Source: a virus (lineage: Duplodnaviria > Caudoviricetes). From it: a stretch of DNA of 64,000 nucleotides. The DNA is taken from positions 3,507 through 67,506 of the IMG/VR virus record IMGVR_UViG_2847686936_000003. The stretch is one strand, 5' to 3'. The notes below the pieces were generated by a model. It saw only the letters and a list, made by a program, of their open reading frames with translations, had not been told where the DNA came from and searched no databases. This document shows positions 9,344 through 18,121 of this stretch, piece after piece; position 1 is the stretch's first letter; every line of letters starts with the position of its first letter. A program made the position numbers and the translations under genes.

Positions 9344-9758
9344 CATCGCGATGCCGCGCAATCTGGTCGATCGGCGCAAGAACTCCGGCCATGCCGCGGT
9401 CTGCGCCGTCGGGTTCGAGGCCGACCCGGGCGTCTTCCGGCTTGCGACGGCCGAGAACATCGAAGCGCATCTCCCTCAGCTCCAGCCCGGCCGGTGGGAG
9501 AGGCTACATTTCGCGCATGTCGTCTGGACGCCGGGGCTCGCTGCGGCGCGCACCATAGTGCTTGGTGCCGAGCGGACTCTCGCCAACTGCCATCTCGGCC
9601 AGCACTGGTACCGGGCAAGTCTCGACGTGCTTCACGGCGTGATCCTGGCCGAGGCCGCATCCCTTCGGTCTCCTATCTGGTCGCAGTCCGAGATGATGCA
9701 CATGCTCATAGGTCAAGCCCTTCGCGCTGCCGACCGTTTTGCGGCGGGGATCATCTGA
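9333..9758 (+). CDS. hypothetical phage protein
   Basis: MPVDIAMPRNL...; overlaps both neighbours. Confidence 0.65.
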   Translation: MPVDIAMPRNLVDRRKNSGHAAVCAVGFEADPGVFRLATAENIEAHLPQLQPGRWERLHFAHVVWTPGLAAARTIVLGAERTLANCHLGQHWYRASLDVLHGVILAEAASLRSPIWSQSEMMHMLIGQALRAADRFAAGII

Positions 9759-10066
9759 TGTTCCCGACAGCCGACCAGATTGCCCTTGCCATCGTAATGG
9801 CCTGCCGGCCGCACCGAGAGGATCCGTTTGCGGTGTGCGCCGGCGAACTCGGCGTGCGCGCGCGTCATCTCGCCATGGAAGCCTTGATCATCGCCTTCCC
9901 TGACGCCCGTCGAGTTGGGCTCGGCAAATGTCTGGCCTACGGCACGCCGCGCTCGGCGCAGGGGCAGGTGATCGGCGCCAAGAAAAGCAAGTGGTGGAGC
10001 GACGACCACGTCGACGAGGTCGTCGGCGCCATCGTCGCCGAACAATACGGCGAACAAGCGCAATGA
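9758..10066 (+). CDS. hypothetical phage protein
   Basis: MFPTADQIALAIVMACR...; TGATG coupling. Confidence 0.7.
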   Translation: MFPTADQIALAIVMACRPHREDPFAVCAGELGVRARHLAMEALIIAFPDARRVGLGKCLAYGTPRSAQGQVIGAKKSKWWSDDHVDEVVGAIVAEQYGEQAQ

Positions 10067-10156
10067 CCTCCTTCCTTTCCCGTTTCATCCGCCGTTTTCG
10101 CGGCCGCGCAATCCCGCGCGTGTCGTGTCGCGGCATCTACCTGAGGATCAACTGAA

Positions 10157-10507
10157 ATGGACACTCTACAAACCGCCGGCACCGAGCCGCTGGATGTCGA
10201 CGAAGACTTCTCGGAAGCCGTCTCCCAGGAACTGGCCCGAGATCCCTCCCAGCCGAAACCCTCGGTTCGCAACATGATCGCCACCACCGGTATGTCGCTG
10301 AAACGGCACATCGACCGGCTGCGCACCAAGGAGACCGAACTTGAAGCGACCAAGGCCGCCGCGACGGTCGAGTACGAGCGCGTCATCGCCCAGGCGAAGC
10401 TGGTGCGGGACAATTGCTACCAGGAGACCGACGCCGATCTCCACCAGATCAGGACGACACTCGAGGTGCTCGATCCGGCGCGGGCCAAGCTGTCTGAAAT
10501 GGCATAA
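10157..10507 (+). CDS. hypothetical coiled-coil protein
   Basis: Helical E/K/R-rich ORF. Confidence 0.65.
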   Translation: MDTLQTAGTEPLDVDEDFSEAVSQELARDPSQPKPSVRNMIATTGMSLKRHIDRLRTKETELEATKAAATVEYERVIAQAKLVRDNCYQETDADLHQIRTTLEVLDPARAKLSEMA

Positions 10508-10510
10508 GCC

Positions 10511-11597
10511 ATGGAGGCGGTTGTCCCCTTCGACGATTCCGGACTCGCTCATGTCATCGAGCGAGCTCGGATGCTGTTCGACGACGGCGACGTCGCATCG
10601 GCACGCATGCTGGCCGCTGGCGCCTATGACCAGGCGAAGGCGGCAGGCAGCTACGCCACCCGCTTCCATGCCGGCGAGCATCTGATCCGGAAGGCACGCC
10701 GGCTCCAGGGTGACGCGCTGCTGATCGAAACGCGCGCGAAGATCACGATTGCCACCGAATGGACTGCCGCCCAGGAAAAAGGGGAGGCCTCGAAGGGCGG
10801 CAGGCCGAAAACCGTTCCAGACGGAAACGGTTTCACGGCAGCCGAAGCCGGGCTCACCCGAAAGGAAATCCACGACGCTCGCAAGCTGGCCGATGCCGAG
10901 CGGCGGGATCCTGGCATTGTCGAGCGGGTGATCGCCGGGCGCGTCGCGGAAGGACTCGAGCCGAGCCGGGCGAATCTGCGCGTGGCGATCGGCACCGACA
11001 CCGCCAGCGCGGCCGAGCGCGGCAACAATCTCTACGAGACGTGCCCGGAAGCGGTGCACACGCTGCTGGCGCTGGAGACCTTCGGCCCTCGCATCAAGGA
11101 ACCGGCATGCGGTCGCGGCGCGATCTCGCGCATGCTGGAAGCGGCCGGCTACGACGTCGCGCTTTCCGACCTCGTCGACTACGGCACCGCCGATCGCCAT
11201 GGCGTCTTGCAGGACGTTCGGGATTTCCTCACCAGCGAGGCAGGCGACGATTGTGACGATATCGCCACCAACCCGCCCTACGGCGGCGTGCTCAACGGCT
11301 TTCGTCGCGCATGCGCTGCGCGTGCACCGGCCGCCGAAGATGGCGCTGTTGCTCAACCTGAATTTCCTCTGCGGCTTCGACGATCCCGACCGCAACTACG
11401 CCATGGACGATTGCAAGCCGGCGCGCATCCATGTCTTCACGCGGCGCCTGCCGATGATGCATCGCGACGGCTGGGACGGCAACGAAGCCTCGAGCCGCAT
11501 GAACCTGGCCTGGTTCGTCTGGGAACAGAACCTCGTCGGCGACTATGCCGGGCCGACGGTCATCAATCGCGTCGACTGGAAAGACTACCAGCCGTGA
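10511..11597 (+). CDS. amino (probably N6-adenine) DNA methyltransferase with N-terminal extension; 1-nt frameshift at ~11301
   Basis: NLYET...EPACGRGAIS (motif I)...DFL...TNPPY (motif IV), continuing in ORF 11199-11597 ALLLNLNFL...AWFVW. Confidence 0.75.
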
Positions 11598-12076
11598 ACG
11601 TCCAACCCTTCTTGATCGGCGAGGGTTGGATCGAGGTGCTCGATGGCAACGACACCGCGCGCGACATCTTCCACCGCCACTATTCCCGCTATCGCTACGC
11701 CGACGGGCGGCAGCCTGCGTTGTTCGTCGGTCCGGGCGAAATGCTCGTCTTGCTCACGGCTGACGCCGGCGCGGTTTCGGCTTGGCGACGCGAGCGGCAC
11801 CGCTTCGATAATCAGCAAGGCGTCAACTGCGCGATCTTCCGTCGAGAGACCGGTGGAGTCGCAAGCGAGCTGCTTGCCGCCGCAATGGCGATCGTTTGGC
11901 AGCGCTGGCCGGGCGAGCGGCTATTCACCTTTGTCGATCCCCGCGAGGTCGAGCCCACCTGGAGCGCAGGGCGACCCACATGGGGCCACTGCTTCTATCA
12001 AGCCGGCTGGCGCTACGCCGGCATCACGAAAAAGCGGCTGCACATTCTGGAGTGCCGGCCGGAGTGGGTGAGTTGA
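11594..12076 (+). CDS. GNAT-fold / Mom-like putative DNA-modifying acyltransferase
   Basis: RHYSR...FVGPGE...GVNCAIFRRE...FTFVDP...GHCFYQAGW; GTG start coupled to the MTase stop. Confidence 0.5.
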   Translation: MNVQPFLIGEGWIEVLDGNDTARDIFHRHYSRYRYADGRQPALFVGPGEMLVLLTADAGAVSAWRRERHRFDNQQGVNCAIFRRETGGVASELLAAAMAIVWQRWPGERLFTFVDPREVEPTWSAGRPTWGHCFYQAGWRYAGITKKRLHILECRPEWVS

Positions 12077-12174
12077 TGCCTGCCCACCGCAGCTCGGCCG
12101 AAGCCGAGATCCGAGATGCCGCTGTGGCTCGCATCCGCCAGCGCCGCCCCGATGCCAGGATCACCCGCCGATGA
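12076..12174 (+). pseudogene. truncated remnant of a phage hypothetical gene
   Basis: MPAHRSSAEAEIRDAAVARIRQRRPDARI stops after 32 aa despite translational coupling. Confidence 0.3.
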
Positions 12175-12207
12175 AGCCGATCCCGAAATTTTCGAAAGGA
12201 CTGCAGC

Positions 12208-12483
12208 ATGAATCACTTCGCCGGCTTCACTGTCCCCGTCGCGGGAGGTCATTACGCCATGCTGCGCTTTGCCGAGGACGGGCAGGCTGAGCCGGTGCTC
12301 GAGGACGGCGGCAAGCCGCGTCTGTTCCCGACCGAGCTGGAGGCGCAGAAGGCGGTCACCGACCATTTGTTGGCCTACTTCAATGGCCGGTTAAGGCGCG
12401 ACGGGGAAACTCTCTCCACGGCCCGCGACGCGGCCGAGCGCATTTTTCGCAAGGGCCGGATGATTCCGGTGGAGCACCGCTGA
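12208..12483 (+). CDS. hypothetical phage protein
   Basis: MNHFAGFTVPVAGGHYAMLRF...; coupled to the next gene. Confidence 0.7.
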   Translation: MNHFAGFTVPVAGGHYAMLRFAEDGQAEPVLEDGGKPRLFPTELEAQKAVTDHLLAYFNGRLRRDGETLSTARDAAERIFRKGRMIPVEHR

Positions 12484-12755
12484 TGACAGGATTTCGCGAA
12501 GGCTGGGCTCTCAAGTCGCCGACTGCCGTCACCACACACTACTTTCGCCGGCGCGGTCTCGGGCTCGCCGTCTCGCTCTGCGGATCCCAGGACGCGCCGG
12601 CCGGATGGCTCATCGAAAATTCGGGCGCCGGGCAATGCGAGCGGTGCGCCATACTGCGGGAGAAGGAACTCGCTAGATTGGACGCTGCGCCGCCAGAGGC
12701 GGCCGAGGACGAGCGCGGCGACCATCGGGCGTGTGATGGGAAGGCCGGCGACTGA
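12483..12755 (+). CDS. hypothetical protein with Cys pairs
   Basis: SLCG...CERC; TGATG coupling. Confidence 0.6.
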   Translation: MTGFREGWALKSPTAVTTHYFRRRGLGLAVSLCGSQDAPAGWLIENSGAGQCERCAILREKELARLDAAPPEAAEDERGDHRACDGKAGD

Positions 12756-12792
12756 CGCGCGCTGGCGGAGCCTCTACACTCGACAAGAAAAT

Positions 12793-12853
12793 GGGGCAGC
12801 GGAGACCAATCCGCTGCCCCTCCCTACCACAACCCGCCGGCCGGAGCCGGCGG
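12793..12853. terminator. two GC-rich hairpins between convergent operons, flanking a CCCTACCAC motif
   Basis: ggggcagcgg/ccgctgcccc (12793-12820) and ccgccggc/gccggcgg (12834-12853); no U-tract. Confidence 0.5.
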
Positions 12854-12862
12854 CGCGGATTC

Positions 12863-14260
12863 CTACACCAGCATCGAGCGCGCATGTGCCTGGCGCAGCT
12901 GCGACTCCATCGAACGGATGGAGCGCGACGCCGCCGCCAGCGTGTCGGCCCACTTGTCGGCCTTGCTGGGGTCAACCGACTTCAAGGCGATGCACTCGCC
13001 GTCCTTGAAGCCGCCGGCGATCGCGGCGATGATGCGCTCGACCGTCTTCTCCATCCGGCTCACGGCGGCGATATCGTCTTTCGAGGGCTCCGGCCTATTC
13101 TCGTCGTCGAACATGCCGCCCTGCTCGATGCGGTCGCGGACCGCCTGCGCCGCTGCCCTGATGCTCGACCAGTCTTTCAGCTTGCCGCTGGAGAACAGCC
13201 TCACGATGTTGATCTGATCGGCCGTGGGGAGGTCGACCAGGTCGTTTGCGTGGCCGAGCGGGAAGGCGCCACTGTCGACCAGCTTCTGGATCGTCTCGTC
13301 GAGATTGAGGAGCGCCGTGCGGGCCTTGATGCGCGTCGGCTGGACGCCGATATCCTTCGCCAGCTGCTCGACTGTCCAGCCGCGGTCGATCATCGCCTGA
13401 AACGCGCGCGCTTCCTCCAGCGGCTTGATGTCGGCACGGGCGAGGTTTTCCACGATCGCCTGCAGCGCCATCTCATTGTCGTCGATCTTCACGACCTCGC
13501 AGAGAATGTCGGCCGCCTCGATCAGCTGGTGAGCGCGCCAGCGGCGCTCGCCACCGACGATCTCATAGACCGCCCGGCGGCTTGGCGAGGCCGAGGGCTC
13601 GACGTTGATGTCGGACGCTTGTAGCGCTTCGTCTGAGCTGTTCGCCGATCCAGTCGTCGTGCCGCCGCCATTGATCTCCGAGGAATTTGATTTCCTCCGG
13701 CGACCACCGGCACCGATGCCCGTTGTTGAGGAAGTCGTTGACTCTAACTCCGACTTGATCTGCCGCGCTTCGTTTGACGTGGAAGTAGGGAAGGCAACAA
13801 TCGATGACGTGCTTGACCTCTCTCGCCGCCGCGACGGTCCAGAACCACTGCTCCCAGGTTTTCCCGTGAAAGACTCGGTGTGATGGAGCGACGGTGCCGA
13901 CGCACCATGCGTCTCGCAACCATCGGCAGATCGTTGCGCCGTCGTTTGTGACTGACTGGCTGACGACGACACGGAACCGGTTGCCTTTGACGCTGATCGT
14001 TCCCTCTCCGTCGATGAAGCCGGCCGTGTAGGCGACGACTTCGATTGGAGGTCGAGCAAAGTGTTCCATTCTGCGATGTTCTCCGATGTGATTTCTTCGA
14101 TTCGACCGTCGGTCAGGAAAACCGGGCGAACCGTGATGGCCTGGATAAGGCCGCGCTCGCGGATCGATTCAGCCAGCTCGCGAATCTTCACCGGGTCGAA
14201 ATGCTTGCGCGGCTGGTCGGGATTCGGGATAACAAGGTTGAGGGGGATGCGCTTCTTCAT
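12863..14260 (-). CDS. ParB/RepB/Spo0J-family protein with ~185-aa Ser/Thr/Gly-rich in-frame insertion
   Basis: PNPDQPRKHF...ELAESIRERGLIQAITVRP [insert] YEIVGGERRWRA...ENLARADIKPLEEA...HTH. Confidence 0.9.
   Translation of the reverse strand: MKKRIPLNLVIPNPDQPRKHFDPVKIRELAESIRERGLIQAITVRPVFLTDGRIEEITSENIAEWNTLLDLQSKSSPTRPASSTERERSASKATGSVSSSASQSQTTAQRSADGCETHGASAPSLHHTESFTGKPGSSGSGPSRRRERSSTSSIVAFPTSTSNEARQIKSELESTTSSTTGIGAGGRRRKSNSSEINGGGTTTGSANSSDEALQASDINVEPSASPSRRAVYEIVGGERRWRAHQLIEAADILCEVVKIDDNEMALQAIVENLARADIKPLEEARAFQAMIDRGWTVEQLAKDIGVQPTRIKARTALLNLDETIQKLVDSGAFPLGHANDLVDLPTADQINIVRLFSSGKLKDWSSIRAAAQAVRDRIEQGGMFDDENRPEPSKDDIAAVSRMEKTVERIIAAIAGGFKDGECIALKSVDPSKADKWADTLAAASRSIRSMESQLRQAHARSMLV
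13563..14069 (-). CDS. single-motif LAGLIDADG homing endonuclease nested out of frame in the ParB gene
   Basis: AYTAGFIDGEGTISV motif, typical LAGLIDADG fold (FRVVVSQS...WFWTV...CLPYFHVKR), C-terminal WSPEEIKFL...RS..SV...RRALGL HTH; GGAG upstream of the ATG. Confidence 0.88.
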   Translation of the reverse strand: MEHFARPPIEVVAYTAGFIDGEGTISVKGNRFRVVVSQSVTNDGATICRWLRDAWCVGTVAPSHRVFHGKTWEQWFWTVAAAREVKHVIDCCLPYFHVKRSAADQVGVRVNDFLNNGHRCRWSPEEIKFLGDQWRRHDDWIGEQLRRSATSVRHQRRALGLAKPPGGL

Positions 14261-14267
14261 GGTCGGG

Positions 14268-14280
14268 CTCCGTGGTAGGG
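14268..14280 (-). repeat. start-associated leader CCCTACCACGGAG, copy before the ParB gene
   Basis: Identical copies at 16536, 17184, 18963, 20733, 24769; variants at 18071, 18221, 20969, 25151. Confidence 0.9.
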
Positions 14281-14300
14281 AATTTCCTAGCAACATCAAT

Positions 14301-14329
14301 AACTTAGCATGTAACCGATATGGTTACAA
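14301..14329 (-). promoter_or_regulatory. operator-promoter: TTGTAA-N17-TAAGTT containing perfect GTAACC-N5-GGTTAC (14311-14327)
   Basis: Read directly from sequence; same design at 17403, 18992, 21012, 51622. Confidence 0.8.
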
Positions 14330-14476
14330 GTGGTTACCAAGAAAAGTTCCGATCAGCGGGCCCCCCGCTTGCGCGCGCGACCGCCAGAAACGAAGCCGTG
14401 CAAAATGGTAATCCTGCCTCGGCGTCTGATGATCAGGGAAGCGGATGGCTGGTATCAAAGTTTCCGACAACAGCGG

Positions 14477-15369
14477 TCAAGGGAGCGGCAGCGGTGCATC
14501 ACTCAAGGTCCGCAGGTAGGCAATGAGGTCCGCCCGCTTGTTTCCCTCCTTCAAACCCGGGAAAGACATGTCCGTACCGGGCAACGTGAGCGAGGGATTC
14601 GAGATGAAGAGATTGAGCTCCTCAAAGGTCCATTTGCCGCCAGCGTCTTTCAGAGCCGCCGAATACTGGACATCGCTTTGGGATCCTTTCTCGCGCCCGA
14701 CGATGCCCCACAGATTGACCTTTTTGGGCACCTTGACGCCCGGCGAAAGATGACAGGCGACGCAGGTGCTGTCGTATATCTCTTTGCCCGATTGAGCGTT
14801 TGCTGATGCAAGGAGTGCGGAAATCGGCGCGATGGCCGGTCTTGCGGCGCCATGATCGCGCAAGTACGCCGCGACGTCCTCGTGGCCTCCGACCTTGGCC
14901 AGATGTATCGGCGGACTTCCATTCGACGTCAGGGCGTTGACGTCTGCTCCGGCGCCGACAAGGTGGATAACGCACTCAAGGCAGCCATTTTCGGCAGCAA
15001 CATGCAGCGGCGTCTGCGCTTTCGCCACCCGATTTGGATCGGCCCCGTTGTCTAGCAGCAGCTTGACGATGGCAGCATGCCCACCCTTATTGGCGGCGTA
15101 GAGTGGCGTTCTTTGCCAACTGACAGGCAGGTTGACGTCTGCCCCACGCTTGATCAGCAGCGCTGCCAACTCGACATTTCCACGTTCGGAGGCGATGTAG
15201 AGCGCCGTAACACCGTCGATTTCGTTGACATCTGCGCCTTTGTCCAAGGCGGAGGTCACGGCCGCGACGTCGCCATCCTTGACCAAATCCCCAAGCTGCT
15301 CGCTTGCGCGGGCAGGGCCAGGAGAGCGCACGAAACCCACAGCGTCCACATGCGTCCCGGCTTGATCAT
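14477..15369 (-). CDS. exported ankyrin-repeat / cytochrome c fusion protein; 1-nt frameshift at ~15301 separates the signal peptide
   Basis: MIKPGRMWTLWVSCALLALPAQA signal peptide in the adjacent frame; four ANK repeats (TALYIAS, TPLYAA, TPLHVAA, PPIHLA); CVACH haem motif, NLWGIVGR, PGTDMSFPG axial Met. Confidence 0.85.
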
Positions 15370-15503
15370 TGCACCCCTCTAGGCTGCTCGTATCTCACCC
15401 TGCAATTTAACCGAACGCAGAGAGTTAGTACACGCTAATATATGAAGAGGGGACGACGATCGGCTGGACGGTGGTGGTGTGTCGATGTTCATGCCAGCCA
15501 CCC

Positions 15504-16028
15504 TCAGTCTATATTGCAGCGAACGAGCGCGGTCGCGTAGTCGATGCCGGTCTCTTCGGCATAGATCGCGGCCTGATCGCCGGGACGATTGGTGGCGGCC
15601 GCCGTCGTCGACGGCTCGGCTTTGGCGATGGCTTCGGCCACCATCGCATTGCTTTTCAGGCTCGGGTCTCGGATGACGCAGAGTTTGAGCGCCGCCAGGA
15701 TGTCCCGCCGCGCCCGTTCGCGCGGGATCGCGGCGCGCAAACTGGCCAGGATGTCACCGACGCCCTTCTGCAGCGGATCACTCTCGAAGCCGGAAATGAA
15801 CGACTCGGCCCGAGTCAGAGCGTCGACGGTGTCGCTGGCGTCGAACGGGAGCCTTTTGACGAGCTCGTCGCGGAGCGTGGCGGCGGACTCGAGCGTGAGT
15901 GTTTCACACGCCCGCGACCCGCCCTTCGGGCCGTAGAACGAAAGCACGACTTCGCCCTTGCCTCGCGCGGCGCTGTTCAGCGATTCCATCGTGCCCTTGG
16001 CGGCGATGCTGATGTAAATCGTGTCCAT
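15504..16028 (-). CDS. hypothetical phage protein
   Basis: MDTIYISIAAKG...; TGATG coupling to 16028-16534. Confidence 0.7.
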   Translation of the reverse strand: MDTIYISIAAKGTMESLNSAARGKGEVVLSFYGPKGGSRACETLTLESAATLRDELVKRLPFDASDTVDALTRAESFISGFESDPLQKGVGDILASLRAAIPRERARRDILAALKLCVIRDPSLKSNAMVAEAIAKAEPSTTAAATNRPGDQAAIYAEETGIDYATALVRCNID

Positions 16029-16534
16029 CACATTTCCCCTTCGATCTTGTCGGCCAAGGGCGAAATAACCTCGTCCCAGATCGCATTGCAGATTTCGTTG
16101 TCGGCGTGGTCGGACACGACATCGTAGCCCGAATTGCCATAGATCAGCTGGAACCAGCCGAGCTTGTCGCCGGTCGGGCTCCGCAGATGAATTCCGTCCT
16201 CGTCGTTCGAGAACAGCGCCAGCATGATCGCCGCCTTGTCGTCGGACCGCCTCACCACCCAATCCTCGCTGTCGTAGACGGAAATCAGGTAGCCCCGGTC
16301 GAGGCAGGCCTTCACCAGCGTGCGGGCGATGCGGCGCTCGGCGCGGATGCGGTCAGCGGTCTCACGCGAACGGCGCGCCAACGCCTGCTCGATCGCTTCG
16401 TCGAAGCCGGTCTTCGGCTCGCCCATCTCGGCATCTTCGGCCAGCCGGGCGGACAGCGCCTGGTTGCCCGAGGCGGTGAGAGCATTGCAGATCGCCAGCA
16501 TTTCAGCCGGCGTAACGTTGATGGTCATGGTCAT
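16028..16534 (-). CDS. hypothetical phage protein
   Basis: ERRIARTLVKACLDRGYLISVYD...WFQLIYGNSGYDVVSD; preceded by the leader motif. Confidence 0.8.
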   Translation of the reverse strand: MTMTINVTPAEMLAICNALTASGNQALSARLAEDAEMGEPKTGFDEAIEQALARRSRETADRIRAERRIARTLVKACLDRGYLISVYDSEDWVVRRSDDKAAIMLALFSNDEDGIHLRSPTGDKLGWFQLIYGNSGYDVVSDHADNEICNAIWDEVISPLADKIEGEM

Positions 16535-16573
16535 TCTCCGTGGTAGGGGTGGATCCCGAGGAAGGCGCGGGGA

Positions 16574-17176
16574 TCAACCCCACGCCAGTCCCCAGCGTTT
16601 GGCGCACACCGGCCCGTAGCCGACGTCGATGGAGCGGTGGTCGGTCAGCTCGGTCGCGCAGAAACAGCAGTTGCCGGTGCGCTTGCCGTGCGCCGCGCCG
16701 GCCTTCGAGGGGTTCTCGGCCAGAGCGGCGAGAGCGGCCGCCAGACCGTCAGGACCGGGCGACCGGCGCGAGCGGGTGAACTCGCCCTTGCGGTCGATGC
16801 GGCCGTACCAGTCGCGGCTCTCGAAGGATCCCGGCGACGATACGTTGATCTGGCCGACGTGAGCGGAGCGCTCACCCGACAGAGCGAGGACGACGGTCTC
16901 GCCGTTGACGTCGAAGCGAATCTTCGGATGCTTGAGCTTGTTGGCGATCGCCGTGTCGAACAGCGCAATCAGGCCATCCATCGAGCCGACCTTGGCCTTC
17001 GGCGCCGCGGGCTCGCCGGCTTGTGCGCGCTGGGTCAAGGTCGCCACCCAGGGCCACTGCCGCTCCGAGAGACTCGAGCGGCTGTCATACTGGTGCAGGA
17101 GGGATGCGGCGAACTCCGCGTCGCGGCCGTGCAGCTTCGGGGCTGACTGGCGCACAGCTTCGATTTCGAGGTTCAT
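16574..17176 (-). CDS. DUF6011-like Zn-finger protein
   Basis: C-terminal HGKRTGNCCFCATELTDHRSIDVGYGPVCAKRWG. Confidence 0.75.
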   Translation of the reverse strand: MNLEIEAVRQSAPKLHGRDAEFAASLLHQYDSRSSLSERQWPWVATLTQRAQAGEPAAPKAKVGSMDGLIALFDTAIANKLKHPKIRFDVNGETVVLALSGERSAHVGQINVSSPGSFESRDWYGRIDRKGEFTRSRRSPGPDGLAAALAALAENPSKAGAAHGKRTGNCCFCATELTDHRSIDVGYGPVCAKRWGLAWG

Positions 17177-17391
17177 GTCTGGTCTCCGTGGTAGGGATTT
17201 CCCGGATCGGTGCGGCTCCGGCGGTTATGCTAGGCCTGGCCCGTCCCCGGTTCGATTTCACTCGGCCGGTCAGTTTGACGAGAAGTCACCAATCGCCGGC
17301 CCGTTGCTGAAAGGGGAGTTCCGGCGAAGGCTGCAGCGGTGAAAGGAAACGGCTTTCTGCTGCACCGATCTGAATTTCTAAGTTACTTCAA

Positions 17392-17421
17392 TAACTTAGC
17401 TTGTAACCAAATCGGTTACAA
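17392..17421 (-). promoter_or_regulatory. operator-promoter TTGTAA-N17-TAAGTT with perfect operator at 17403-17419
   Basis: Nearly identical to the element at 14301-14329. Confidence 0.8.
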
Positions 17422-17461
17422 GTGGGTGCAGGCAAAAAGAACGACATGACTTCGGTGGTGG

Positions 17462-18058
17462 TCAGTTCACCGGCTTGAACCGGGATTCCAGGACGGCGCC
17501 GGAAATCGAGCGCTGGTCGTCGCCGCATTGCACGAGTGCCTGGTCGACGTGTTCCGGATTGACGCCGATCACCTTCCAGACGCGGCCCTGCTGGTCGGGC
17601 GCTTCGGCGCCGAGGTAGGGCGCGACCTGGAGGGGCTGCGGCGGCTGACGCAGGCGGTATTGCGTCGGCAGCTTGGGATGGTGCCAACCGCAGCCCTCGG
17701 CCTCCAGGCCATGTTCGACCACTTCGAGCCGAAGCTTTTCTTTCAGCCAGACCGAGATGTAGGCGCGATGGCAATACTGGTTGTCGGTCGGGGCCTCATA
17801 GCAGAGCAGGGCGACGTCCCTGCCGCCCGAGAGGTCTTCCATCTTGGCCACGATCCGGCCAGGATGGAGCCTATCCAGGCCTTCGAAGTAGAGCTGCTTA
17901 TACTCGCGCTCGCTGGCGGTCTTGAACCATTCGCCTGGGGCGAGTTCGGGCATTTTGCGGTAGCCCGCCGGATATCCTCGCGGCGTGCCCCTCGACACCC
18001 CGATCTTCTGGATTTCGGGCGGCAGCTTGCTGAACCAGGAGCTGGTGAAAATGCGCAT
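17462..18058 (-). CDS. DUF488-like protein
   Basis: RIFTSSW...IGVSRGTP...ELAPG...VALLCYE...CHRAYISVWL. Confidence 0.7.
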   Translation of the reverse strand: MRIFTSSWFSKLPPEIQKIGVSRGTPRGYPAGYRKMPELAPGEWFKTASEREYKQLYFEGLDRLHPGRIVAKMEDLSGGRDVALLCYEAPTDNQYCHRAYISVWLKEKLRLEVVEHGLEAEGCGWHHPKLPTQYRLRQPPQPLQVAPYLGAEAPDQQGRVWKVIGVNPEHVDQALVQCGDDQRSISGAVLESRFKPVN

Positions 18059-18121
18059 CTTCGTCTCTTTCGGTGGTAGGGCTTTGGACAGGTCCAAATG
18101 TAAATCCGGTGAACTTCTCAA

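Noticed and set aside
13563-14122. Intein in the ParB gene
   Set aside because: The endonuclease is in a different frame from ParB, and there is no N-terminal Cys/Ser block or His-Asn C-terminal splice motif
17245-17262. tRNA T-loop-like ggttcgatt
   Set aside because: Flanks do not form a T-stem and no cloverleaf can be built
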